From positions 186,001-250,000 of the forward strand of contig CBFDEM010000011.1 of assembly GCA_965603825.1 (NCBI GenBank): 64,000 bases of DNA, read 5' to 3'. The DNA comes from Blepharisma stoltei ATCC 30299. Lineage: Eukaryota > Protista > Ciliophora. Of the stretch, positions 44,972 to 56,801 are shown piece after piece. The stretch's first letter is position 1, and each line of letters begins with the position of its first letter. A program made the translations under genes and the position numbers. A model generated the notes under the pieces. It was not told the DNA's origin. It did no database searches and was given only the letters and a program-made list of their open reading frames with translations.

Positions 44972-45922
44972 CTATTTGAACGAACGTCTTCCAAAAGAAT
45001 TTCTTGAATTTATTGGGCTTTTAACTTCTTCTACTTGTTCAGAGAAAATTGGAAATGTTTCTCTTCGGATAGACTGTAAAAATGGATGATTAAGACATTG
45101 AGCTGCACTTGATCTTTTTGAAGGATCCCAACAAAGAATTCTTGATAGAAAAGAGATAGCTTCCAATGGGGCAGAAGGCATGATGTCCTGCAGAGGGGCT
45201 GGAGCTCTGCGTGGAAAAGTAATCCCGAGTCTTCTTGATAGTTGAGGAAATTCAGGTCAGTTGTCAGCTGTAGGAGTCCCAAGTATTTCACAAATTTTCA
45301 TTAATTGGTCTTGCTCATTTGTCCCTGGGAATATTGGTCTTTTCAGAAATATTTCTGCTAAAACACATCCAGCAGCAAAAACATCTGCAGGCCATGAATA
45401 TCTTTGGCTTTTTAATAGCTGCTCAGGAGCTCTATACCATCTTGTGCTTACATAATCTGTAAATGGCTGCCCATTTCTTAGGTCTTTTGCAATACCAAAA
45501 TCGCCTATTTTGCAAGAATTCTGTGAAACTAAAATATTTTCAGGCTTGATATCTCTATGAATAATCCCACTTTTATGAATATAAGCAAGTCCTTCAAAGA
45601 CTTGCCTCATTATGTTTTTTATAAAAGTTAAGTCCATTTGTGCATCTCTTGTTATTAATCCTAACAAATTTTGCTCCATATAGTCCATAACCAGATATAA
45701 ATCATCAGCTTCTCGTATTATTTCTCTCAGTTTTATTATATTAGGATGGCAAATTTTCCTTAAAATTGAGATTTCACGTAACTCATTACATTCCTCTCAT
45801 GAGCCAAATGTACGCTTCAGTTTTTTAATAGCAACAACTTCTTTTGAGCCTTTAACAGTAGCCATAGTCACACTTCCAAAAGTCCCATCCCCAAGAGTTC
45901 TGATTGTCCTGTACTTGTCCAT
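44972..45922 (-). CDS. MAK/ICK (RCK family) Ser/Thr kinase
   Basis: LGDGTFGSV, FGS-W(TGA)-EECNELREI, HRDIKPEN, FTDYVSTRWYRAPE and PTADN-W(TGA 45257)-PE. Confidence 0.93.
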
Positions 45923-45958
45923 TTAATTTTATTGTTTTTTATATTAAATAATTTGAGA

Positions 45959-46453
45959 TTAAAATAAGTCTTCTTCAGACGAAAGATTTTCCATGTTTTT
46001 GTCTAATTCGTCATAATTGTATTGGTGGCGGTCTTCATAATATCCTTCTTCTAAATCTTCTTCTCCTTCTTCCCCTTCTTCCCCTTCTTCATCATTTCTG
46101 GGGCTGTAAAGGTCCATGTCGTCAATAAATTTATTATAATGTTGCAAATCTGAAGGTCCATCCTTCATTTTCGGTTTAAATCCTTCCATTTTTCCAAAAC
46201 GAAGCTGGTTTGATTTCGATTGTTTGCTTTTCAGGGTGTCTAATAATCTACTGATTTGAGTTGGTTTGATTCTTTCAAAATATTCAGGATGAGTGTTTAG
46301 TAAAGCTTCTACTAAAGTTTGAGTGCTTTCTTGAAGATCTTCTAAGGCAAATTGAAACTCTCTGATGTATGAATTTTTGTTGCGCTTGTAGACTATAGCA
46401 ATTTTAGGAGGGTTGAATTTCACCGCGATTTCTTGAGGAATTATTTCAGTCAT
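45959..46453 (-). CDS. CEP19-like centrosomal/basal-body protein
   Basis: N-terminal IAVKFNPPKIAIVY resembles the CEP19 N-terminus; acidic tail. Confidence 0.6.
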   Translation of the reverse strand: MTEIIPQEIAVKFNPPKIAIVYKRNKNSYIREFQFALEDLQESTQTLVEALLNTHPEYFERIKPTQISRLLDTLKSKQSKSNQLRFGKMEGFKPKMKDGPSDLQHYNKFIDDMDLYSPRNDEEGEEGEEGEEDLEEGYYEDRHQYNYDELDKNMENLSSEEDLF

Positions 46454-46522
46454 TTTTTTGTAATTTTCAAATATGGTTTGATTTGAAAGACTACAAAATT
46501 ATCTCTGCGATGGAATAAAAAT

Positions 46523-46969
46523 ATGTCAATAAGAATTATTAAAGAAATTGCCTTATGTAAAAAAGAATTTACTGAATTAGGAATCAGTTTTTGACCGAAT
46601 GAAGAAAATGATTTTCGTAACTGCACAGGAGTTATTTTGGGCCCAGAAAATTCACCTTATGAAGGAGGAATGTTTTTTATTAAAATTGTATTTCCAGAAG
46701 GCTATCCTATGGTTGCTCCAAAAATCACTTTTATGACAAAAATCTATAATCCATGCATTGATTCTCATGGTCAAGTTGATCTTTGTGTTCTACATGATCA
46801 CTGGTCACCTGCTTTAACAACAGGGAAAACTCTGCTTTCTATTATGTCTTTATTGACGGATTTTAGCGCAGATGACCCTTTAGTGCCTGATATTGCTCAT
46901 ATATATAAAAGTGATAGGCAAAGGTATGAATCTATAGCAAGAGAGTGGACAAGATTATACGCATTATAA
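46523..46969 (+). CDS. UBE2D/Ubc4-like E2 with atypical active site
   Basis: MSIRIIKEI..SF-W(TGA)-PNEE..GPENSPYEGG..FPEGYP..PKITFMTKIYNPCIDSHGQVDLCVL..WSPALT..DDPLVPDIA..AREWTRLYA. Confidence 0.9.
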
Positions 46970-47252
46970 ATTTTTAGGCTAATTTGCAATTTTCGTAAGC
47001 TTGGATAAAGGCCAGCCCTAAATCATTCTTAGGCTACTTAATCAATAAATAAATCTCTGCGATGAATTAATAAATAATCCCAATTTCCCTTAGCAAAGAA
47101 TTATTTCCCTATTAATTTCTAATATTAGCACTATTTAATAATAATATCAATTTTTATTTTAAAGATTATTAAGCGCTCTATCATCTTTAATAGCTTCTCT
47201 CCTGCTTAATATAAAATATATCTTATATTATAAAGTTATGCACAAATTATAA

Positions 47253-48929
47253 ATGGATCAGAGAAGCAAAAGATATTTTATTATAGTTTTAGCATTACTT
47301 TCAATTTGGTCTTTTTCTGTGCTCATAGCAGTCTCAACTCTTCCAAGTGAATCTTCTCCCTCATTCAGAGTCGAAGCTATCCCATTCCATGGCGAGAACT
47401 CATTCTCTTACCCTCATCCCGAGCCAAACTCTTATTGTGACGACTGAAAGCTTTCATCTCAAAAAACAGTTTGGGTAGATCGCAGAAATGCCTATTCTGC
47501 TACCAAAATAGAAAGTTTTGGCTGGGACATGCTTCAATCCAAGAAATCTGGGAATGCTTTGCAATTTGCTTCAATTAGCAAGCCAGAATATCATAATACC
47601 AGATGGGCCAAAATTTTTTTACAATCAGACCAAGAAAACAATGAAGCACTATTTTTAATCCCAAAAAATGCAAATTTCATATTCACAAGGATGTACCACT
47701 ATAAAAATGCTTTATCTGATAATATACAGACAGCAAGATTAGGAGTAGATTATGCTTGTCCAGGACAAATCCTCAACCATATTCCTGGTGCAAGTGCATT
47801 TTGCAGGAAAGATTTTTTGCAGAGATATTTGCTGGACTACAATAAAAGGCTTCAAAAAGAAGGGTTATCACATTGTTTTAGAGGGTATTTAACACCAAAA
47901 TCATATATTTTGGGAGAGCCAGATCATTGTAATGCATTTATTGATGAGCTAGAAGCTCAGCTAAACAATTATAATAGCTCAAACATGCCTATTGAGTGGA
48001 TAACAAAAAGCTCATTAAGGCACAAAGGCTATGGAATCGAACTTATAGATTACAAGAGGGCTCAATATTACTATAACTTATATAGGAAAAACGAAGAAGA
48101 AGATTTAAACTGCAATAGGGTGCTAGATGCTCATAAATCATTAATCGCACAAAAGTATATTTCTAATCCTGCACTTGTAAGCTCTATATAGATTGAAGGA
48201 CGAAAATTTGATTTTAGGGTATTTGCAATGGTCATTAATTCTGATCCATTAGTCGCCCTATGGGCGCCTGAAAATGGCCACACAAGACTATCAGATCAAG
48301 AGTTTGATAAGCTTTCCACAAACTTCACAACACATATTACAGCTAATGTTGCAAACCAAAATCCAGACTCAGTGGATTTTCTCAAGAAATATCGCTTCAA
48401 TTTAAGAGAAATTGCAAATTATTATAAAGATCAGTTAAAAGACCACGAAAAATGGCTCACAGATGTCGCATTTCCCCAAGTTAAGCAAATCTTGATACAT
48501 ATGCTCAGAGCAACTCAACAAAATTTTTTGATAAAAAGAATTGGATTTTTGGAATTTTATGGGATTGATTTTATATTAGACGACACACTACAAAATATTT
48601 ATTTATTGGAATCAAATAGAAGACCTGACGTCCAAGAAAAAAACCCAGATTTACAGTATAGGGAAGATATGCTTTTACAAGATTTTTCTGCAGTTGCGGA
48701 ATATTTTTTGAAAACTGGAGTAAGTTCGATAAATACTGAAGAAATATATAAAAAATTAAAAGCATTCAAGCCTTTAGTTGATGAAACCAGATTTGATCCA
48801 TATTTTGGGCTGCTATCTGAAGAATGCAGGGTAACTTTTAAAGAGTTTAATGAAGACTTACCTATAGATCCCATGATAGAGCCGCTGAAGTATTATGTTG
48901 GAAATTTTAATGCTAAGGCTAAAGTATAA
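47253..48929 (+). CDS. Tubulin-tyrosine-ligase-like ATP-grasp protein with N-terminal signal anchor
   Basis: Joined through TGA 47445-47447 and intron 48177-48191. Motifs NHIPG..FCRKD, WITK...HKGYGI, AQKYISNPALIEGRKFDFRVF, THITAN, EFYGIDFILD and LLESNRRP. Confidence 0.88.
48177..48191 (+). other. 15-nt intron GTAAGCTCTATATAG
   Basis: Removal restores NPALIEGRKFDFR. Confidence 0.93.
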
Positions 48930-48986
48930 TTTATTATTATAAACAGTATTAAAAAATTCGCATATATCAAGATTCGTTGTTAATAA

Positions 48987-49346
48987 TTACTGAATTCTTC
49001 TATTTACTACCTTATTGCAAAGCGAGCAATAAATAGTAGCTTCTTGGAAATTAGAATCACATATAGGAAGTAAGCATAAGCCAAACCAGCAGCCTACTAA
49101 ACAAATACTTCCACACATATTTCAAGTTATGCAGTTAGGCTGGTATATTTTATTTGGAATATTTTCTTTTAAACAGTAAGGGCAGCGAATTATATCAGAT
49201 GTTCCATATATGTAGTTTGGGAATCTAGAATGTGAAGGGGTGCTCATTACACTGTTTTCACTAAATCCATGTGATAGGTCCTCGTGAGAGTCTGAAAGCA
49301 GGCCTGATCTTAAATCTCCCATTTGATCAGGATTTGGAGATATCAT
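48987..49346 (-). CDS. LITAF-like zinc-ribbon membrane-associated protein
   Basis: CPYC...CIT-W(TGA 49122)-NMCGSICLVGCWFGLCLLPIC...YCSLCNKV; TAA at 48987-48989. Confidence 0.85.
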
Positions 49347-49488
49347 CTTAAATATAATAAATATTAATTTTGCTCGACAAATATGTTTTGATAATTTTAT
49401 TTTTATTCAAATAAAATAGTTCATTTTTTCTCCTTTAAATAAGATATTTAATACATCAGGGTTAAAAACTTATTAAAACATTGTTACT

Positions 49489-51969
49489 TTATTGGTATTT
49501 TTGCGTAATCGCATTTATTTTTTGCCATGCATCTGAAATTTCCACCTTCTTGATTTCAAAATCAGCTATTTCTTTTTCCAGCTCTTGTTTTTTAATACTA
49601 ATAGCCTCATTTTCTGCTTTTAAAGCCTGGAAAGCTTCTTCAACTACTTTTTTGTCTTTTTCAAGCTTGCTAATAGTATTTTTAATATAATCATCTTGCT
49701 TTTCATTCATTCCCGACTGCTCTCTGACTTTTCTATTAATCATTCTTTCCTTCAATTTAATGCTATATTCAATTTTCTTTACATTTTCTTCCCTTTGCTC
49801 GATTTTTTCTTTTTCTTCGTCTATTTTAGCCCTCTCTTTTATTAATTGCCCTTTTTGCTCATCAATTTCTCTTTCTTTTTTAGCGATTTCAAGCATTTTT
49901 TCTTTTAGAATCTTTTCTTCTTGCTGTTTAATTTCGATGATTTTTTTAGCAGCTTCTTCTTGTGCTCTAAGGCTGTCAATTTTTTCATCAAAATGAGTTT
50001 CCTCTTTAATGCGTCTTAATTCTTCTTCGAGAAAAGATTTTTGCTCCCACACTCTGTCGCATTCTCTTTTTAAATAACTTTTTTCTTCTGTTGACCAGTA
50101 ATCTTGGCTTTTTTGTTGATAGATTGAAGCTATACTTTTAAAAGAAAGATTTGAAGGCTCAGGTAAAGGAGATAAAGAGGAAGATGGGCTCATTGATGAT
50201 ATTTGAGACTTTGCTCATCGAATTTGAGACTGATCAGGCTTTGGAGTTTTTGATCGTTGATCTTGAATTTTTTTCTTCTCTTCGTTTATGATCCATTCCT
50301 TTTCGATTTTATTTAGTGATTTATTTAATCTTTGGGCAGATTTTGAGTTGTCTGAAACCAATTTTTCTGTTTTTAGCTTAGAGATTTGAGTTCGTATGCT
50401 TAATATTGATCTCGTTATTTGGGCTGATAATCTTGTATTATCGCATCTCTCCAGCTCTTTTTCTTTTTTCTTTAGCTCTAAAACCAAAGCATCTATTTTT
50501 TGATCTTCCGAAGTTTTATCTTTCAGAGATATTGGCTTGCACAGTATATTTTCTCCATTTGCATTTTCTTTCCCAGATTGCATTTTACCTTTCATTACCC
50601 TATTGATATATTTTAAGTTCTCTTTCAAGTCTTCATTTTCTTTCATCAAAATTTTATTTTCATTTTTACATGTATTATATTTTTTATTCAAAATATACTG
50701 TGAGTTTGTTAAGTATTCTTTTTCATGTACAAAACTTTTTTCTTTTTCTCGATAAATTTTGATTGTTTCTTGGAGTTCAGCAATTAATGGATTTTCTAAA
50801 TATGCAGCGACTTTGCTTACGTTTGATGAATAGGAATCAGCGTCTTTTGAAAGCTGCTCAGTGATTGATTCGTAGCGATCAAAAAATTCTTTAAATGGCT
50901 CAACTCTGTCAGGGCTATATTCATCAGAGTCAGAAACGTCAGATTTAGATTGGTTTTCATAAATCCCATTAAATTCAATTTCATTCATTGATCCTCCAAA
51001 GGAGTTTATAACTACAGTATCATTTAAATTTTTATTATTCCACTCTTCTTGATCTCTTTCTAATGAAAAGTATATAAGATATGACCCTATTTGTATATTG
51101 TGAGTTTTAGGAGAGCTTTCATATGATTCTTTAACTATGCTTTTTAGCTGAGAAATAATTGATTTTAAATCAGTAACAGTCAGATGGGTCGAATTTTCTT
51201 CAGCCAGCTTCAATTTCTTTGCTTTTGCTCTAGATTTTTTCGCAGTTTCCCCCACAATTTTTCTTACCTGAAGCCATAATTTAGATAAACTATTTTCTGA
51301 GCCATTTCCTATTTCTGGAAGTTCGCATCCTAATAAGTTTTCAATATCAGTCCTTATCAAAAATAAATAAGTTTTAAATAAATTTTCTGAGCTATTTCCA
51401 TTCACTCTTTTCTGTTCCTCTGCCAGCTCAGCCTTTACTTGCCCTAAATGTTTTTCAAGCTCTTTAATTTTTTCCTCTTCATTGATTTTTTTCATTTCAA
51501 GATAATCCAATTCAGCTTGCAAATTGATACATCTACTGCAAGTGCTTTTTTCTTCTCCATCAGAATAATTAAGCAGGTCTTGCAAATCAATTTCTTGATT
51601 TTTTAAATTTTTATGAAAAAAATCTTTTAAAATATAGCTTCTTAAATCTTCGTTTTCCATTTTCAATAACGAAATTGTTTGAGTCTCAAATTCAGTTTTT
51701 TCTTCTTTTAAAAGGATTTTTAATTTTAAAACGTCATTAGATATCCTTTTAATTGATTCCTCATCAATTTTTCTGTTATACGTCTGTCGTTTGACGAATA
51801 AATCTAAATCTTTACACAAAGTTTTTATTGACTCTTTATCATCAGTTATAGGCTCAACTTCAATAATTTTGTCTTGGGGAGATGGGCTTGCCTTAGGGCT
51901 GATGTCCAAAATGCTGAAATTATGAGCCCTTACCTTCTGAAAAATTGGGGTGCTAGGCGTATTCATCAT
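49489..51969 (-). CDS. Large coiled-coil protein
   Basis: The 584-aa and 234-aa ORFs are in frame through TGA 50215-50217. Confidence 0.82.
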
Positions 51970-52047
51970 TTCAATTCTTAAAAAACTTTATTAATTTATG
52001 CCATCATTGGAATAAATATTTAAAAATTTTTGAAACAAGAATGAGAG

Positions 52048-52130
52048 TATAGCTTCTTAAATCGTTGTTTTCCATTTTCAATAACTAAATTGTTTTAATC
52101 TCAAATCCTGCTATTTCTTCTTCTAAAAAG
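52048..52130 (-). pseudogene. Decayed duplicate of coding segment 51633-51715
   Basis: Aligns without gaps to 51633-51715. Translates FLEEEIAGFEIKTI*LLKMENNDLRSY versus LLKEEKTEFETQTISLLKMENEDLRSY (TCG to TAG). Confidence 0.85.
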
Positions 52131-52443
52131 AGATCATTCCAAATTAAAGCATAAACGTTCAAGCCTCTATTGTAAGTGCTTGATGTTTAAAAAACAACCA
52201 TAAATTTCAAAACAGGATGGCTTAGGGAGTTAATGCGAGAGATTGAGGAAAGTTAATCAATAGCATGTCTCCAATGAAGAGCAAGCTTACTACATAATCG
52301 AAATGGCGAATTAATTAATTATTAAATGTGATCTATTGAAGTGCAATCACCTCATTAAGTGATATTTTAAAACTCAATATGGTTATCTAATAAATTTAAT
52401 AGAAATTGCTAATTATATTGAATTTATTCGGCTCCATATTATA

Positions 52444-53130
52444 ATGCAAAAATCTAAGAAATCTAAAAGCTGTGGCTGTTTCAGGATTTTATTTAAGTCA
52501 CAAAAGAAAAAGAATGCAGAAGAATATAGCTCAAATAAGAGAAAATCCCCAATTCAGCCACCTACTAATAACCTTCAAAATTCTTCAAGTCATCCTTCAG
52601 ACTTACCTGCAGATCGAAAAATTAAAACCGATACAAATTTTTACCAACCCCAAAAGCACATACCTAATGAAAAAAATTATCCTTTATATCAAACATATTA
52701 TAAATCAACCATAGTATCAAATCATTCATACGGAAATACATCTTTCCAAAGAGCTCAATCAATTCCTGCAAGCAATAAACCTCCTAGTCTTAACTATGAA
52801 TCTAGGCCAGATTCTCAAGACTTAAATCTACAAGTAAATACGTGAAAACAGTCAATTCCACCTTTTCATGATATAAGTGGAATTGGCTTCAACAATTTTC
52901 AACAGATTTCTCCAAGGCCCTACAGCCAAAATAGTGTACCTAATCTTTTTGACACTCAAAAACTAAAAAAGAAGCCTTTAGGGTCTCTACCACCTTTAGT
53001 TCCTGCAATGCCTTGGAGATTTAAAAGGAATAATGGACTTCCTTCTGCAAGAGAGAATAATAAATTTGATAATATATTAGAAGACTTAAAGAAAGAAATT
53101 GAAGAAGAACCCAGAGTTTTAATTGATTAA
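52444..53130 (+). CDS. Hypothetical low-complexity protein
   Basis: The frame continues through TGA 52843-52845 to TAA 53128-53130. Confidence 0.72.
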
Positions 53131-53209
53131 AAGAAATGTAAGGATTATAATTAATGTAAAGTACTAATATTTAATAGCAAATTTTGTTCTAGCCTTTTAT
53201 TGGTTTTAA

Positions 53210-54346
53210 TTATTGAATTGCACAGTTACATGGATTGCTTGTCATTGCTTCATTTTTCTTTTTCTCTTTTTTTTCAGCCATTCTTTCAGTTTCATGTTTT
53301 AATCTCAAATAATTAGACTTCAACTGTAAAATTTCATATGTTTGGTTTTTCAGCTGCTCTATAATATGGCTCGATTCCAAAGACTTATATCCTTTTTTAT
53401 CCTCTAAAAATTCAATAATTTTTTCCAATATCCCAATATTTTCTTGTTTCAAAATTTCTCCATCTCTGCTTTCCATCAGCCTTCGATAAAATTGGCTAAT
53501 CTCTTCTTTCTTTTCATCAATTTTTTCTCTTATCCTGCTTAATTTTAGAGCTAACTCCATTTCATTTGAATTTTTCAGCTCTATTTGTATGTCTTTACTG
53601 TTAGCCTTTCCTTCTTCTACTCTTTTGACTTCTTCAGCAATTTTATCGTTTTCAGATTTTTGATCATTTATAGTCTGCTTTAAGCTTTCAGCTTGTTCTT
53701 GATTTTTGCCTATTTGGATTTGGATTTCTTCACTCTGCTCTTTAACTGCTGTAATTAGTAAATCTTTGTTTTTTGATTCTTCTATCATTCTTTCAATCTT
53801 TTTTTCCATTTGAGTTGACTGTAAATCTAGTTTAATGTTATTTTGCTTAAAATTTTCCATAGCATTTTTTATCTCCATTTCTTCTCGTGTTGTATCTTCA
53901 AGCTGCTTTTTGTAGTGTTCTTTTACTTGACGCTTTAGATCTGACTCAATTTTGGTTTCCTCGGTCGCAATGCTTAGTTTTTGCGAAAGAGCATCGACTT
54001 CTTCTCTAAGAATTATAAGTTGACTATTAAATTGCTCATTTACTTGTGCTTGAAGATTTTTACTGCAGCAATTGTTGCAAACCCTTACTAATTCACTGCT
54101 TTCTTCTGACGATTTTTGCTGCACAGAGCATTTACCACATACACCTCTGAAACAAACTTGGCAAGTAAGTTTTTGATTAAGACCATATAAAAATAATTGA
54201 CCGCAGATTGAGCAAAATTTATCTTTTTTGTAGGCATTTTGATCGGCAAGCTGATCAGTGCTAAAAGCAGCGCTGCTAGGTCTTGATTCTTTTTGAAATA
54301 ATTCTGTGTTAATTGCGAACTCTGAATGTCTCCTATCCGTTGTCAT
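53210..54346 (-). CDS. FYVE-like zinc finger + coiled coil + CaaX (CAIQ) protein
   Basis: CSIC...CQVCFRGVCGKCS...RVCNNC; C-terminal CNCAIQ; first ATG at 54346. Confidence 0.82.
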   Translation of the reverse strand: MTTDRRHSEFAINTELFQKESRPSSAAFSTDQLADQNAYKKDKFCSICGQLFLYGLNQKLTCQVCFRGVCGKCSVQQKSSEESSELVRVCNNCCSKNLQAQVNEQFNSQLIILREEVDALSQKLSIATEETKIESDLKRQVKEHYKKQLEDTTREEMEIKNAMENFKQNNIKLDLQSTQMEKKIERMIEESKNKDLLITAVKEQSEEIQIQIGKNQEQAESLKQTINDQKSENDKIAEEVKRVEEGKANSKDIQIELKNSNEMELALKLSRIREKIDEKKEEISQFYRRLMESRDGEILKQENIGILEKIIEFLEDKKGYKSLESSHIIEQLKNQTYEILQLKSNYLRLKHETERMAEKKEKKKNEAMTSNPCNCAIQ

Positions 54347-54518
54347 CTTTGAAATATTTATTACTGTCAATGTTAAATAACTTGATTATATAATATTTTA
54401 TTAGGATTTATTTAAATAACTAATAATAAAAATTTGCATAATAATAAAAATTTAGTAAAGTTAGGAAAATTGACAACACAATAAATACTCAAGATTTTAT
54501 ATTATTTTAAACAAAAAG

Positions 54519-54749
54519 CTAATTGTCAATTTGAATATCTTGGTTTTCAAAATTCAGCTTTTTTTGAGGAGTGTCTGAATTTGCTGATAATGATATGATG
54601 TTTTCATCAAGCTCGCTATAATCTTTAAATCGCAGCCTATGAAAAATATCTTTAAAAAGTGTTTTAGGAGGCCTTGTCGCCAAGCTCTGTAGTCTTTTGC
54701 TTAATGCTTTTCTGTGGTTTATATATTCCTCAGCTGCATTAATTCCCAT
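54519..54749 (-). CDS. Small hypothetical protein
   Basis: 76-aa ATG-to-TAG ORF, divergent from the PX gene. Confidence 0.55.
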   Translation of the reverse strand: MGINAAEEYINHRKALSKRLQSLATRPPKTLFKDIFHRLRFKDYSELDENIISLSANSDTPQKKLNFENQDIQIDN

Positions 54750-54827
54750 GGTTTAAATATTACATAACAGCCGAAAAACATTTAAAAGGATCTAAGGAGC
54801 AACTGAAAGGTTGCCATAATAAAATAA

Positions 54828-55202
54828 ATGGAAATCAGAATTTCCGCTGCAAAACAATTGTCAGATGAAAAAGGCAAACCCTACACTGCTTATTCTCTTA
54901 TAGTTATATATAACGGATGGGAAAATACAGTTGATCACAGATATTCTGAGTTTTTAGAGCTTCACAGAGTCATGAAACTCATGAGGAGAGTGTTTAATAG
55001 TCCACTCCCTCATTTTCCTGGCCAAAAGTTGCTAAAAGCGATTTTCCATAACTTATCACAAGAAGATATTGAAAATCGGAGGAGAAAGCTGGAGGATTAT
55101 ATGAATGAATTAATTATGACTGATTGTGCCCATCATAGCCAATATTTTACTGAGTTTTTGGGAATGCCTCAAAGTGTAAAAGAACAATGGATGTCAGAAT
55201 AA
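54828..55202 (+). CDS. Stand-alone PX-domain protein
   Basis: YTAYSL, HRYSEFLELH, LPHFPGQK, IENRRRKLEDYM and EFL. Confidence 0.9.
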   Translation: MEIRISAAKQLSDEKGKPYTAYSLIVIYNGWENTVDHRYSEFLELHRVMKLMRRVFNSPLPHFPGQKLLKAIFHNLSQEDIENRRRKLEDYMNELIMTDCAHHSQYFTEFLGMPQSVKEQWMSE

Positions 55203-55416
55203 AACATGATAAAATCAAGATTCAAGTAAAATTTCTTGAAGCGGGCTTTTAAGACAAATTTAGATTAAATATTCGATTTTTCTATATAATCGCTTAAATA
55301 ATATAGCTCATAAGGATTCCTAGACTAGTGAAATAACTGTCGACAAGTTATAAACGCCTTATTTATAGAAACTTCCAAAATTTTATCTCTAACCGTTATA
55401 AAATGTTAATATTAAT

Positions 55417-56700
55417 TTAATTTGGCCAAGTTAATTCAATTCGTTCATGAAACTCTTCCAAGCAAAATCTCGCAACTTTGTATCTCAATTTTTTAAATCA
55501 AACCCAAGATCTTTGATAAACATGGAACACCCTTTGAAATTGCCTTAATTTTTCTAATAAATTCCCAAGGTCCGCAAAAGGAATTAATGTATTGCTTTTA
55601 AAGGCTTGGAAGTTTTCACTGAATTCTTCTGAAGCCTCTAAATCCTTTATTTCTTTATATAATTGTTTCCATTTTGCGAGTAAATCTCTAAGCTCATCAG
55701 CTTTTATGATTGAAATGCTTTCAAATCCAGATTTATACGGTTCTTTCTTTCTGAGCTCCCCAATTAATCCTCTCTGGCTTTGTAGATGTAATAAAGCTTG
55801 AATCAAATCATCAGTATTGCACAAGTCAGGCAACAAATGAGAGAAAAAATCTTGCTTCACAAGAATATTGGCATAGCTCAATAAATCTCTGCAGTCTTCT
55901 TTACCTTCTTCCCTCAAAAATTTTTTTCCTTTATTTTTTATCATATGGCTCATTTTTATAGCTGGGTCTAAATAAGCTTCTAAATCTTTTTCTACTTCGC
56001 TAAATGACAGTGCAAGTTCTCCCATTTTTTTCAAGCTTTTATGCTCTTCGTCTTTTGGAAACCTTAGTACTTGCATTTTCAGCATTAAAAATTCATTTTT
56101 TGTTTTCTCAAATTCTTTTAATTGGCTTATTTCGTTAATCAATAAATTCACAGGGTCTTTGAAATACTAATTGCAGATTACCTTTAAAGATTGCTCTATG
56201 TGCTTTAATAAAGGTAGCGCTAACTCAGCTCGATTTTGAAGCTCAATAATAAAATTTGGAGCTTTTTGTAAAGCCGAGCTTATCATTCTGCATTTTGCTT
56301 CAATAGCTGAATTTATTGAAACTTCTTGGACAGAAATGTGTGTTAGAGGATGAAAATTGGCGTAAATTAATTCTAGTCTCTCTTGGATAGTTGAGATAAA
56401 ATTTTCACAATATTCAAAGTCAAGGACTTTTGGATATTCAAGTATTATTTCATTCAATATATGTCTGAGTTATCCTTACAAGATATTATCTAAAAATTGC
56501 TTTTTGGCGAGAAGGTCTGGGCTTTTTTGGAAAATTTCATTGATTTCTATTGTGTAATTGAGAATAATTCGAAGCAGGGAAAATATGCCAATAAATCTTT
56601 TTTGCATACCTTCGAGAGCATCAGAGTATTTTTGTGACAGTTTTTCCTCAAGCCATGGTATGAAACTTGATAGCGGAATGCCAGTGTAGTTGGCCATCAT
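55417..56700 (-). CDS. Hypothetical helical protein (2 introns, TGA=Trp)
   Basis: Three ORFs join by removing 56465-56479 and 56167-56181; the frame reads through TGA 55498-55500 to TAA 55417-55419. Confidence 0.75.
56167..56181 (-). other. 15-nt intron GTAATCTGCAATTAG
   Basis: Matches the consensus; removal joins the flanking ORFs in frame. Confidence 0.85.
56465..56479 (-). other. 15-nt intron GTAAGGATAACTCAG (phase 2, CAG acceptor)
   Basis: A at position 10; removal joins the flanking ORFs in frame. Confidence 0.8.
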
Positions 56701-56801
56701 ATTAAAAAGATTTTATTAAAAGTTTAAGTGAAATCTATTTGTAATTATTGAAATAATAAATATCATTATTAACTAAAATTATATCCAAAAAATATTTTAG
56801 C

